This document shows, piece by piece, positions 1 to 9,216 of a stretch of DNA of 64,000 bases. Positions within the stretch are counted from its first letter, which is position 1; each line of letters opens with the position of its first letter. The translations under genes and the position numbers were made by a program. Source of the stretch: Gemmatimonadales bacterium (GTDB lineage: Bacteria; Gemmatimonadota; Gemmatimonadetes; Gemmatimonadales; GWC2-71-9); assembly GCA_041577295.1 (NCBI GenBank), contig JBFGJG010000021.1, forward strand, positions 1 through 64,000. The letters are read 5' to 3'. The notes beneath the pieces are model-generated. The model had not been told where the DNA came from. It saw nothing but the letters and a program-made list of their open reading frames with translations, and did no database searches.

Positions 1-1
1 C

Positions 2-703
2 ATCGCGATCCACGCAGAGGCGCGGGCTCGGGGGTACCCGTTCCATATGCACGTGGCGGAACAACGTCGGGAAGTGGAAGACTGTCTCGCCGCGTACGGC
101 GCTCGCCCTCTGATGCTGTTGCTCGATACGCTCGACCTTGGCGCCGAGTTCACAGCCGTTCACTGTACACACAGCCCGCCTGCCGAGTTGACTCGGTTTG
201 TGCAGCACGGAGCCCGGATATGTGCGTGCCCACTTACCGAAGCAAACCTCGGTGACGGGATTCCAGACCTGGGGGCGATTCAGGGACAGGATGCTCCATT
301 ATGCCTCGGCAGCGATTCCAATGAGCGAATCAGCATGGTCGAGGAGATGCGGTGGCTCGAGTACGGTCAGCGGCTCAACCGCCAGACGCGCGGCGTGCTG
401 TCACGAGACGGTCTCGTAGCGCGGTCGCTGCTCGAGGCTGCGACCCTCGGAGGTGCCCGCGCGCTCGGGATCGATGCGGGTCGCATCGCCCCGGGTGAAT
501 ACGCTGACTTCGTTACCGTTGATCTCACCCATCCGACCTTGGCCGACGTCGGCGCCGATCAGTTGCTGGAGGCTCTCGTCTTTGGCGCAGGGAACGAAGT
601 GATCCGGGAGACGTGTGTGGGGGGGCGCTGGCGTGACACCGGGACGCCACCAGCAAGCAACAGCGCTTTCCAGCTCCCCGAGCGCGCGCTCAGACCCAGG
701 TAA
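2..703 (+). CDS. hutF: Formimidoylglutamate deiminase, amidohydrolase superfamily (5'-truncated by window edge)
   Basis: Frame open from base 2. Motifs PFHMHVAEQ..EV.DC, VHCTH, CPLTEANLGDG, LGSDS..EEMRWLEYGQRL are typical of HutF. Confidence 0.85.
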   Translation: MAIHAEARARGYPFHMHVAEQRREVEDCLAAYGARPLMLLLDTLDLGAEFTAVHCTHSPPAELTRFVQHGARICACPLTEANLGDGIPDLGAIQGQDAPLCLGSDSNERISMVEEMRWLEYGQRLNRQTRGVLSRDGLVARSLLEAATLGGARALGIDAGRIAPGEYADFVTVDLTHPTLADVGADQLLEALVFGAGNEVIRETCVGGRWRDTGTPPASNSAFQLPERALRPR

Positions 704-1919
704 CCCCTATCTGAGCGTCGGGAACGTGGGCCGGGTGTCCTGCCGACGAAAGGGCCTGCAAGATCTCTTGGACATGATCGTGCCCGCGAGTTTGCAAAAT
801 GAACTCGACCTCGACGGATGGCGGCCGGACACTGGTGAACGCGCGCTGATGGCGTACTTCCAGGATGTTGGCGCCCGCCCCACCGAGACACGTGGTGACT
901 TCCGCGAGTCCACCAGGGAGATCGCGCAGCTCAACCGAAAGGCGTACCAGCCGACGAGCGCGGACCAGTCCGCGTTGCATGATCGACGAGAGAATCATCA
1001 AGTCGATATTGCCGCCGGACACGACTAGCCCCACCCGCCTCCCCGTGAATCGGTCTCGGTGCTTGAGGACGGCGGCCAGGGTCGCCGCGGCGGCTCCTTC
1101 CACCACGGTCTTCTCACGTTCGAAAAACAGCAACACACCACCTTCGATCTCGTCTTCGTCCACCAAGAGGATGTCGTCGACGAGTTCTCGAACGATGGGC
1201 AAGGTGAGCTTGCCCGGCACTTTGACGGCGATACCATCGGCCATCGTCGCGCGGCCGCACTGAATTGGCTTTCCTTCGAGAGCCTGACGCATCGACGGGA
1301 ACCGTGTGGTCTCGACGCCGATAAGCTCGATCTCGGGTCGAATGGACTTTGCAGCGACAGCGTTGCCGGCAATCAGTCCGCCCCCACCGATCGGGATGAC
1401 GAGTACGTCGAGCTGGGGAAACGCTTCCAACAATTCGAGCGCAACCGTTCCCTGACCGCTGATGATTCGCTCATCGTCGTACGGGTGTACCAGGTGCAGG
1501 TTCCGCTCGAGCGCGAGCTGGGCCGCAAACTTACCGGCTTCGTCCAATCCGTCACCGGCCAACATCACCTCCGCCCCGAAGCTCCGTGTGCGATCGACCT
1601 TCACCGTGGGGGTGTAACGCGGCATGACGATCACCGACTTGATCCCAAGACGCTGGGCATGCCGCGCAACCGCCTGTGCGTGGTTGCCCGCGGACATCGC
1701 GATCACTCCGGAACGTCGCTCGGCCTCGCCCAACGACCGTAGCTTCACGACGGCGCCACGCTCCTTGAATGAGGATGTGAAATGGAGGTTCTCGAGTTTG
1801 AGGACGATCTCCGCGCCAGCCACCTCCGAGAGTCTGGGTGACCGAACATTGGGCGTCGGCTGGAGATGTCCTTCGAGCAACTGCGCCGCATTGCGAATGT
1901 CGTCGATCGTCACGGACAT
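690..1919 (-). CDS. ilvA: Threonine ammonia-lyase (PLP fold II) with C-terminal ACT domain
   Basis: SFKERGA PLP-lysine motif, SAGNHAQ, PIGGGGL, VSGGN, ACT-like DLPGGL tail. GGAGG upstream of ATG 1919. Confidence 0.88.
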   Translation of the reverse strand: MSVTIDDIRNAAQLLEGHLQPTPNVRSPRLSEVAGAEIVLKLENLHFTSSFKERGAVVKLRSLGEAERRSGVIAMSAGNHAQAVARHAQRLGIKSVIVMPRYTPTVKVDRTRSFGAEVMLAGDGLDEAGKFAAQLALERNLHLVHPYDDERIISGQGTVALELLEAFPQLDVLVIPIGGGGLIAGNAVAAKSIRPEIELIGVETTRFPSMRQALEGKPIQCGRATMADGIAVKVPGKLTLPIVRELVDDILLVDEDEIEGGVLLFFEREKTVVEGAAAATLAAVLKHRDRFTGRRVGLVVSGGNIDLMILSSIMQRGLVRARRLVRLSVELRDLPGGLAEVTTCLGGAGANILEVRHQRAFTSVRPPSVEVEFILQTRGHDHVQEILQALSSAGHPAHVPDAQIGVTWV

Positions 1920-2118
1920 GTAAGGCTTCCTCCACGGCAGCGACCGGCGTTCAAGGTGTACGATTCGCCCCCGGCGCGTAATCCCCCACCCGCTGGGTCG
2001 GTGGCCAAGGGTGGGCTGGCCTGCGCTCGATTCTGATGTTAAAGAACTGACCGTCGGCATCGGGTCAACGCCCGCCCGGCCTGCCGTGTGTCATCAGGTC
2101 AAATGCGAGGAGGTCAAA

Positions 2119-3951
2119 GTGCTTCACGGCGTGTCGCTTCGTGGTCACTGGTGGCTCTCCCCTTCGATCGTGGGTTTGCTCTGTGCACTCTCGACCAGGT
2201 GGCTGCCCGCTCAAGCGCCATCCTTCGCGGCAGAGCGTTACCACAACGTCGTTGTCGAGCATGATGTCGAGATTCCCATGCGAGACGGTGTCCTGCTACG
2301 GGCCACGCTCTATCGTCCCGATGCCCCCGGCCGCTTTCCCGCCATTCTCTATCGCACGCCTTATGGAAAGGATTCGCATCTTCGCCGTAACGAGTTTCCC
2401 GGCAAGGCCGTCCGCAGAGGGTATCTGGTGTTCGTGGTGGACGTGCGTGGCCGGTATCGATCCGACGGCGTCTTTCGAGCGTACCTTCAAGAGCGGGCGG
2501 ACGGATACGATACGATTGAGTGGGTGGCTCGTCATCCGAGATCCGATGGGAGGGTCGGCACCTATGGTGGTTCCTATCCGGGCTATGTGCAGTGGCTAGC
2601 CCTGGCGGAGGGGCCGCCCCATCTCGCTACCGCCGTACCAGACATGACCCCGACCTCGAGCCATCACTTCTTCTACATGGGCGGCGCTTTCAGCCATACG
2701 TGGTATGAATGGTTTATGCCGCTCATCCTGCCCGACTTGCGGCGGCGCGCCAACGATCGAGCTGGGCCGTGGGAAGTCGATTCAGCCTATGCTCAGTGGG
2801 TTCCCGTCCGAAGGCGCTGGTATGCGTTTCGACCGTTGATTGATGTTCCGCTGCTACGAGAGCACGCTCCGTACTTCTATGACTGGCTCACACACCCCGA
2901 TTCCAGTGCCTGGTGGGGATTCGCAAACGTCGAGTCGGAGTTTCACCGTATGTCCGCCCCGATACTCACGGTCAGTGGCTGGTTTGACAACACTTATGGA
3001 ACCGTTGGTGCCGTTCGCGGCTTCAACGGCATCCGGCGTCACGGAGGGAGTGAAGCCGCGCGAGAACATTCGAAACTCGTTCTCGGACCGTGGAAGCACA
3101 CTTCGATCACCGTCCACACCGTGAAGACGGGAAGCAAGAATTTTGGGCAGAGCGCTGGTTTGGATTTCGACGATCTGCTCCTGCGCTGGTTCGATCAACG
3201 GCTCAAGGGAATCGATACCGGAATCGACGACGAGCCACCGGTTTGGATCTTTGTCATGGGAGACAATGAGTGGCGGTTTGAGCGAAGCTGGCCTCCTGCG
3301 AATGCCGAGACGCGTGCTCTGTATTTCCACAGTGGGGGTGCCGCGCAAACCGCCGCCGGAAACGGTCACTTGTCGTGGACCCTTCCCGCCGACGAGCCAG
3401 CGGATGAGTACACGTTCGATCCACGCTTGCCGGTCTGGGACAGCCATTTCGAAGACGCGGGTCCGTTCGATCAGGCAGCGGTTGAAGCGCGGGAAGATGT
3501 TCTGGTGTTTACCAGCGATCCACTCGAGTCGGATCTCGAGGTCACCGGTGAGATCGAAGCGATACTCTATGTGTCGTCCGATGCTCTCGACACCGATTTT
3601 GCCGTCATGGTCACCGATGTTCATCCCGATGGCGCGTCATATAACGTGCTTGGACCGGAAGCTGGGTACCTGCGAATGCGCTATCGCGAGGGGTACGATC
3701 GTCAGCGGCTAATGGAGCCAGGTGAGGTGTATCAGATCCGCGTGGGCCATATGCTCACGTCCAACGTCTTCAAGCGGGGACATCGCATCCGTGTGCACAT
3801 CACGAGTAGCCGGGCTCCGCACTTCGATCCCAACCCGAACACGGGCACGCCCATCGCGACGGAACAACGTCTGATAAAGGCACGGCAGCGAGTCTATCAC
3901 GATGCACGGCGCCCCTCACATCTCTTGCTGCCAGTCGCTCCACGCAGGTGA
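2119..3951 (+). CDS. CocE/NonD family (peptidase S15) serine hydrolase, probably secreted
   Basis: IPMRDGV, RTPYGK, DVRGRY.S.G, GGSYPG nucleophile elbow, LGPW.H, C-terminal jelly-roll domain. GAGGAGG before GTG 2119. Confidence 0.9.
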   Translation: MLHGVSLRGHWWLSPSIVGLLCALSTRWLPAQAPSFAAERYHNVVVEHDVEIPMRDGVLLRATLYRPDAPGRFPAILYRTPYGKDSHLRRNEFPGKAVRRGYLVFVVDVRGRYRSDGVFRAYLQERADGYDTIEWVARHPRSDGRVGTYGGSYPGYVQWLALAEGPPHLATAVPDMTPTSSHHFFYMGGAFSHTWYEWFMPLILPDLRRRANDRAGPWEVDSAYAQWVPVRRRWYAFRPLIDVPLLREHAPYFYDWLTHPDSSAWWGFANVESEFHRMSAPILTVSGWFDNTYGTVGAVRGFNGIRRHGGSEAAREHSKLVLGPWKHTSITVHTVKTGSKNFGQSAGLDFDDLLLRWFDQRLKGIDTGIDDEPPVWIFVMGDNEWRFERSWPPANAETRALYFHSGGAAQTAAGNGHLSWTLPADEPADEYTFDPRLPVWDSHFEDAGPFDQAAVEAREDVLVFTSDPLESDLEVTGEIEAILYVSSDALDTDFAVMVTDVHPDGASYNVLGPEAGYLRMRYREGYDRQRLMEPGEVYQIRVGHMLTSNVFKRGHRIRVHITSSRAPHFDPNPNTGTPIATEQRLIKARQRVYHDARRPSHLLLPVAPRR

Positions 3952-3970
3952 CAGATAACGAGTGGTGGCC

Positions 3971-5554
3971 TCAGGCGTTGAGGCGAGGTCGGCTGGCCGA
4001 TGGGAGGGAAGGGCCGCGCGCCGCGGTATGACGAATATGGTCCGCCAGGCGGTTGACGAGTTGGTCCAGTTCGCGAAATCGCTTTCGGAAGGTCCGCGTA
4101 TAGATGAATCGCGCGAGAGCGTAAGAGCCACCGACCGCGATCACGACGCCGGCCACGGCGGCGACCGGCGACTGGAGTGCTCCAGCGAAAACCCCGGCCA
4201 TCGCACCCCCGCCACCCCCACCTCCACCGCCCACGATCCCTCCGAAGATGCCGCCCGCAAAGTTGCCCAAGCGCTCATCGACCAGTATTCTGGTCCGCCC
4301 ATCGCGTGGGCTGACGGTGATGTGGATGTCCCTACCGCCAGCCCCCTGTCCAACGCGAGCGGTGCTCCACGTGAGAGATCGACCCAGTGTGCTCACATGA
4401 CCGACGTCTCGCAGCGTTGCGCGGATTTCCTCGACTAGCATGGGGAACTCGTTCTCGGCCACCTCACTCTCGACATAGCGCTCAATCCGGAGGCCGGTCG
4501 GCGCGCCGAGGAATACCTTCGATGGCATCGACGGCTCCGATCGCTCGAGGTCTTTGGCGGCCTCGCGGACCCGTTCAGGGGAGATTCCAACCTGTGCGGC
4601 GATCTGGGCAACGCTTCCCATGGATAGGGCGCCCTGTTCCGTAGGGCGCTCCACTTGCAGATCGGCCGCGCGCTTGACGATCGCCTTGACCTCGCTGTCG
4701 CTGTACATGCGCTGCGTGCCCGCTGCTTCGTTTAACGCCGCGATAAAACGCTCTGCGGACGCGTAGCGGTCGCCGGGCCGGATTGCGAGAGCCCGGACGA
4801 GGGTCAGCTCGACGGAGCCGGAAAGCCGATCGAGACGCTCGCGGTGCTGCGGCACGGCATCTACGAAGCGCCCCAACTTGACGGCTTCGTCGGTGGGCCA
4901 CATTCCCGGTGTCTCACCGATCAACATCTCGTAGCACACGCAGGCGAGGCTGTAGACATCGGTGCGCTCGTCCAGTTCCCGAACACCGGCCGCCTGCTCC
5001 GGACTCATGTAGCCGGGCGTGCCGAGGGGGAATCCGGTGCGCGTGAGGTTGACTCCACCGGCCGAGCTGATGGCCCGGGCGATCCCGAAATCCACAACCA
5101 TCGGATGCCCTTCGGAGAAGAGGATGTTTTCGGGCTTCAAGTCGCGGTGCAGCAGGCCTTGCCGGTGGGCGTAGCTCACGGCGTCGCCCACGCGGGTGGT
5201 GATCGCGATCGCGTGGACCTGATCGAACGTTTGGTACTGGCTCAAAGCCGAACGGAGTGATCCTCCGTCCAGGTATGGCATGACGTAGTAGAGAAATCCG
5301 TCGGCCTCGCCGGAATCGTACAGCGGGACGATGTGCGGGTGATTGAGCTTTGCTGCGATCTCGATTTCCTTTAGAAACCGATCGGTCCCGATGGATGCGG
5401 CCAGGTCCGGGCGCAGCACCTTGACTGCGACGTCACGGTTGTGTTTGACGTCGCTGGCTAAGTAAACCGTCGCCATGCCGCCCCTACCCACCACCCTGCT
5501 CAGGGCGTAGTGCTCGGAAAGCGCTGACTGCAGTTCTGCAGGGATACCGGACAT
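3971..5554 (-). CDS. Ser/Thr protein kinase with C-terminal membrane-associated domain
   Basis: GRGGMATVY, VAVK, HRDLKPEN, DFG, GTPGYMSPE, then a helical domain and two Gly-rich hydrophobic segments. Confidence 0.92.
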   Translation of the reverse strand: MSGIPAELQSALSEHYALSRVVGRGGMATVYLASDVKHNRDVAVKVLRPDLAASIGTDRFLKEIEIAAKLNHPHIVPLYDSGEADGFLYYVMPYLDGGSLRSALSQYQTFDQVHAIAITTRVGDAVSYAHRQGLLHRDLKPENILFSEGHPMVVDFGIARAISSAGGVNLTRTGFPLGTPGYMSPEQAAGVRELDERTDVYSLACVCYEMLIGETPGMWPTDEAVKLGRFVDAVPQHRERLDRLSGSVELTLVRALAIRPGDRYASAERFIAALNEAAGTQRMYSDSEVKAIVKRAADLQVERPTEQGALSMGSVAQIAAQVGISPERVREAAKDLERSEPSMPSKVFLGAPTGLRIERYVESEVAENEFPMLVEEIRATLRDVGHVSTLGRSLTWSTARVGQGAGGRDIHITVSPRDGRTRILVDERLGNFAGGIFGGIVGGGGGGGGGAMAGVFAGALQSPVAAVAGVVIAVGGSYALARFIYTRTFRKRFRELDQLVNRLADHIRHTAARGPSLPSASRPRLNA

Positions 5555-5816
5555 GGGACTCAAGGTAGCCAACCGGTTGAGTTCCGGCGACCGGACTAGT
5601 TGAGTGAACCCCGCACAAAGCGGCGCACCGAAACGTGGCAGTTGTCACGAAACGACGCACACAGCTTCGCTCGCGATGCAGGACGCGTGGCGGTGGATCT
5701 TTGCGTTGGCGTTCGGTATTTCCATTGGCCTAACTGCATACCCCCAACGTGCCTGCGAAATCGGCACAGGTTTGCTCGACGTTCCCAAAAGAGCAAGGAG
5801 TGGCCGACTGCCCTCG

Positions 5817-5832
5817 AGGCACACGCCTTGCC
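5817..5832 (+). promoter_or_regulatory. Putative sigma54 (-24/-12) promoter for the cupredoxin operon
   Basis: AGGCACACGCCTTGCC has GG and GC separated by exactly 10 nt, matching TGGCAC-N5-TTGC, about 150 nt upstream of ATG 5983. Confidence 0.6.
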
Positions 5833-5982
5833 CCTGTGCGTGATCGTCGGACTCGCTTGGTGACGGCAGACGATTTCACGTGCGCTACGCGCGGCTCAGT
5901 CACCAATCAACAGCCATTTCTTCATTCTGGTGTCGTGCAGAGCCTCGAAGCGGGCTATGGAACGACCGGCAGGGAGCATCGA

Positions 5983-7689
5983 ATGATCTGGAAGCGGATG
6001 ATCTTGGGAGGGATCGTCGTCCTGTTCGGATGTGGTGGAGGCGGTGCAGCACTCACCGGCGAGCCTGAGGAAGGTGACCTGTCCTTTACACGACTCGAGC
6101 TCACGCCCGCGAGCGCCGTGATTGCCGTCGGGGCGACCATTCAGCTGGTAGCATCGCCAAAAGATGAGCTAGGCAACACGATTCCTGGCCTTCCACGACC
6201 GACGTTCGCCTCGAGCAACCAAGTCACAGCTACCGTCGATGACGACGGCGTCGTGACCGGCGTTTCCGCAGGTGATGTGGTGATAACCGCTTCCCTTGCA
6301 GCGGGGGGGGTCACCCGCACGGCATCAGCGACGGTGTCGGTGACTTCTGGTGAACGAGCGGCTAACACCGTTACGACGCCCGGTCTCTCATTCGATCCCA
6401 GCTCACTGGTCGTAGTGGCGGGGGATACGGTGACCTGGGAGTTTTCCGGTGCCGTTCATAACGTGACGTTCGTCAGTCGTGCTCCCCCGGGCGGAAATAT
6501 TCCGGACCAGCAAACCGGAAGCGCTGTGAACCGGGTTTTTCCCGACGCTGGCACCTTCGCCTACGACTGTACAATTCACTCCGGCATGTCGGGCGAGATC
6601 GTTGTCGAGTCCCCCGGATCATCGACGTTCACAACGCTGTCCGTCAGCCCAGCAACACCATCGATCGTGCTGGGGGATACGGTGCGGCTTCGGGCCACTC
6701 CGCGCGATCAATTCGGCAACGCTATGACGGGACTTCCGGAGCCCACGTTCAGTTCGTCTGATCCCTCGATTGGTTCCGTTGACCCCACAGGACTCGTGAC
6801 GGGAGCGGGCGGCGGTACCGCTGTGGTGACGGCGTCGCTCACGCACCAGGGGATTACTGCAACGGCTCAAGCAACCGTGTCGGTGACCACGGCGCAATCG
6901 GGGAACCAAACGGTGACGACGCCCAACAATTCGTTCGATCCCCAGAGTGTGACGATAGCAGCAGGAGGTACCGTCACGTGGCAGTTCTCGGAAGCCGTAC
7001 ACAACGTGACCTTTGGCAGCTCTGGTCCGCCGGGCGGCAACATCCCGGATCAGGATCCAGGAAACGCCGTATCACGGACGTTCACGACCGCTGGGACGTA
7101 TGGATACGAGTGCACGAGACACAATGGCATGACCGGGCAGGTCATGGTTGAGCCCAATGATGGTCCCCAAACCTTCACGTCCCTATCCGTAAGTCCGAGC
7201 CTATGGGCGATGCGCCGGGGCGCTACGAAGATGCTGACGGTGACGCCGGTGGATCAGAACGGCGTGGCCATGTCGGGATTGCCGGATCCGACGTTCACGA
7301 GTGGCAATCCTGAGGTGGCAGCAATCGACACTGCCGGCGTCGTGACGGGCGTCGCCGAGGGATCGACCGTCATTACGGTATCACTCACCGCGGATGGACA
7401 GACCCGCACGGCGGACGTGGCCATATCCGTCGTCCCACCCGAAGCGGCGATCGTCATAATCGACGGAGACGTCTACGAGCCGGATCCGGTGGAGGTCGCA
7501 CCTGGTGGAACGGTCATCTGGGAAGTCAGGGGCTCCGCGCACAACATGACGTTCGACAGTGCGCCACCAGGGGGGAGCATCCCAGCCACCGCGCCTGGAA
7601 ACGCCGTTGCCAGAACGTTTCCGAGCGCTGGAGACTATGACTATGAGTGCACGCTGCACGGCGAGAAAGGTCGGGTAAGGGTACGATGA
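5983..7689 (+). CDS. Lipoprotein with three tandem [bacterial Ig-like (Big_2) + cupredoxin] modules
   Basis: Lipobox VLFG-C. Three Ig-like repeats (P.D..G....GLP.PTF.S) each followed by HN(V/M)TF and YDCTIHSGM / YECTRHNGM / YECTLHGE. AGGGAG before ATG. Confidence 0.85.
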   Translation: MIWKRMILGGIVVLFGCGGGGAALTGEPEEGDLSFTRLELTPASAVIAVGATIQLVASPKDELGNTIPGLPRPTFASSNQVTATVDDDGVVTGVSAGDVVITASLAAGGVTRTASATVSVTSGERAANTVTTPGLSFDPSSLVVVAGDTVTWEFSGAVHNVTFVSRAPPGGNIPDQQTGSAVNRVFPDAGTFAYDCTIHSGMSGEIVVESPGSSTFTTLSVSPATPSIVLGDTVRLRATPRDQFGNAMTGLPEPTFSSSDPSIGSVDPTGLVTGAGGGTAVVTASLTHQGITATAQATVSVTTAQSGNQTVTTPNNSFDPQSVTIAAGGTVTWQFSEAVHNVTFGSSGPPGGNIPDQDPGNAVSRTFTTAGTYGYECTRHNGMTGQVMVEPNDGPQTFTSLSVSPSLWAMRRGATKMLTVTPVDQNGVAMSGLPDPTFTSGNPEVAAIDTAGVVTGVAEGSTVITVSLTADGQTRTADVAISVVPPEAAIVIIDGDVYEPDPVEVAPGGTVIWEVRGSAHNMTFDSAPPGGSIPATAPGNAVARTFPSAGDYDYECTLHGEKGRVRVR

Positions 7690-8807
7690 CTTTACGCAAG
7701 ATCGTGTGCGCGGCCGTCGTAACCACAGCCCTTCCGCTCACCGCGGCGGGTGCTCAATCCCTGCTGGACCGTCCGCCGAATGTGTCGGGTGATTGGGTGG
7801 CAAACTCTGGGACGATTCAGTTCAACTTCTTACATCGGTTTTCGGTCAGCGATGCCCCGGTGCGGAAGGTGTCGAACTTTCCGACGTTTCTCATGGGTGT
7901 CGGTCTACCAGGGCGCTTCATGGTGGGAGTGAACTACGCCACGAACTCGACACTCGCACCCAAGTTTCCCAACGAATGGGAGTTTTTTGGCCGCTTCCAG
8001 CCGGTCCTCGAGGATCTCGGCGCGCCCGTCGACATTGGCGGCCAGATAGGTTACAACGTTGCGTCGGAAGGCGTGGACGGTGAGGTGTCCCTTGCGAAGC
8101 GCGTCGGTCCAGCGAGACTCCTTGCCGTGGCACGGGTGCTAGCGGATCCGTACGACGAAGGCCAAGTTCGCTTCGCGGCAGGTGGTGGAGCGACCGTCCG
8201 CCTTGGCCGGTTCGTTGCAATAGCGGGTGACGTCACGACTCTCAGCGATCGGACGCCCGACCGAGACGAGCGGCCTGCCTGGAGTGCAGGACTTCACATC
8301 GCCCTTCCCAATACGCCACATACGCTGTCGATCCAGGCTACCAATGGCAACACGGCGACGCTTCAGGGATTGTCGGTTGGCGGAACCGAGATCCGTTATG
8401 GCTTTGAATTCACCGTACCGATCACGCTCGCACGATTCTTTGGCGGTCGCCGAAGATCACCGCCAAGTACGTCCATGACACCGCCGACCCCTGTCGCCCC
8501 CACCGTGCCAGCCGCGGACTCGGCACCGATGCCCAGCCGCACAGGATTGGTAATTAACACGGTGATTCGTGGAATGCGGTTCCCACGTGACCGCATCGAG
8601 ATTCCGGTTGGGACAACAATCACATGGGAGAACAAGGACCCGCTGCCCCACACAGTGACGGCAAACAGCGGCGCCTTCGACTCCGGTATCATTCCACCCG
8701 GCGCCAAGTGGAGCTTCACGTTTACCACCGTCGGCACCTACGACTTCTTCTGCACGCCCCATCCTTTCATGACAGGAGTTGTGGTCGTGACCGAGGGGGG
8801 GCAATGA
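7686..8807 (+). CDS. Predicted outer-membrane beta-barrel (DUF5777-like) fused to a C-terminal amicyanin-like cupredoxin
   Basis: ATGA overlap with previous gene. Signal peptide (AGA-Q), many amphipathic beta-strands (IQFNFLHRF, HTLSIQATN, IRYGFEFTV), P/S/T linker, then HTVT...CTPHPFM. Confidence 0.75.
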   Translation: MTLRKIVCAAVVTTALPLTAAGAQSLLDRPPNVSGDWVANSGTIQFNFLHRFSVSDAPVRKVSNFPTFLMGVGLPGRFMVGVNYATNSTLAPKFPNEWEFFGRFQPVLEDLGAPVDIGGQIGYNVASEGVDGEVSLAKRVGPARLLAVARVLADPYDEGQVRFAAGGGATVRLGRFVAIAGDVTTLSDRTPDRDERPAWSAGLHIALPNTPHTLSIQATNGNTATLQGLSVGGTEIRYGFEFTVPITLARFFGGRRRSPPSTSMTPPTPVAPTVPAADSAPMPSRTGLVINTVIRGMRFPRDRIEIPVGTTITWENKDPLPHTVTANSGAFDSGIIPPGAKWSFTFTTVGTYDFFCTPHPFMTGVVVVTEGGQ

Positions 8808-9205
8808 ATCGCTATCGCGCTATCGCAATGCGGTGGTACAGGCTGGCCGTTATGATCGTCGCGGCGGGATGCGTCTCTCAACGCGATGTTACCACGAGTC
8901 CAAACTTGGCTGAGACCTGCGACGTATCGATACCACCGGATCTGCTCGGATCGTCCGTAGTGGCAATTCGTGGCTTTTCGTTTGAACCGGAGACTGTACA
9001 CGTCGTCGCCGGAGGAACGGTAACCTGGGTGAACTGTGCTCCGGCTGACGAGCCCGCTCACACCTCCACCGCGGATCAGGGCGTGTGGGGATCGGATCTT
9101 CTCGAGTCGGGCGACGTGTTCAGCTTCACCTTTGCCCAGGCGGGGAGCTTTCCCTACCACTGTGAGCCGCATCCCTTCATGCAAGGAGTGGTGGTAGTTC
9201 GCTGA
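8804..9205 (+). CDS. Amicyanin/plastocyanin-like blue copper lipoprotein
   Basis: ATGA overlap. Lipobox AAG-C, F.PETVHV..GGTVTW.N, AHTST, YHCEPHPFMQG. Confidence 0.88.
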   Translation: MNRYRAIAMRWYRLAVMIVAAGCVSQRDVTTSPNLAETCDVSIPPDLLGSSVVAIRGFSFEPETVHVVAGGTVTWVNCAPADEPAHTSTADQGVWGSDLLESGDVFSFTFAQAGSFPYHCEPHPFMQGVVVVR

Positions 9206-9216
9206 GGCTGCAGGTC

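Noticed and set aside
5761..5776. Second sigma54-like motif TCGGCACAGGTTTGCT
   Set aside because: GG-to-GC spacing is 9 nt, not the required 10.
7686..9205. Methylamine dehydrogenase (mau) cluster, suggested by the amicyanin motifs
   Set aside because: No mauA/B/D/E/G-like genes are present in the window.
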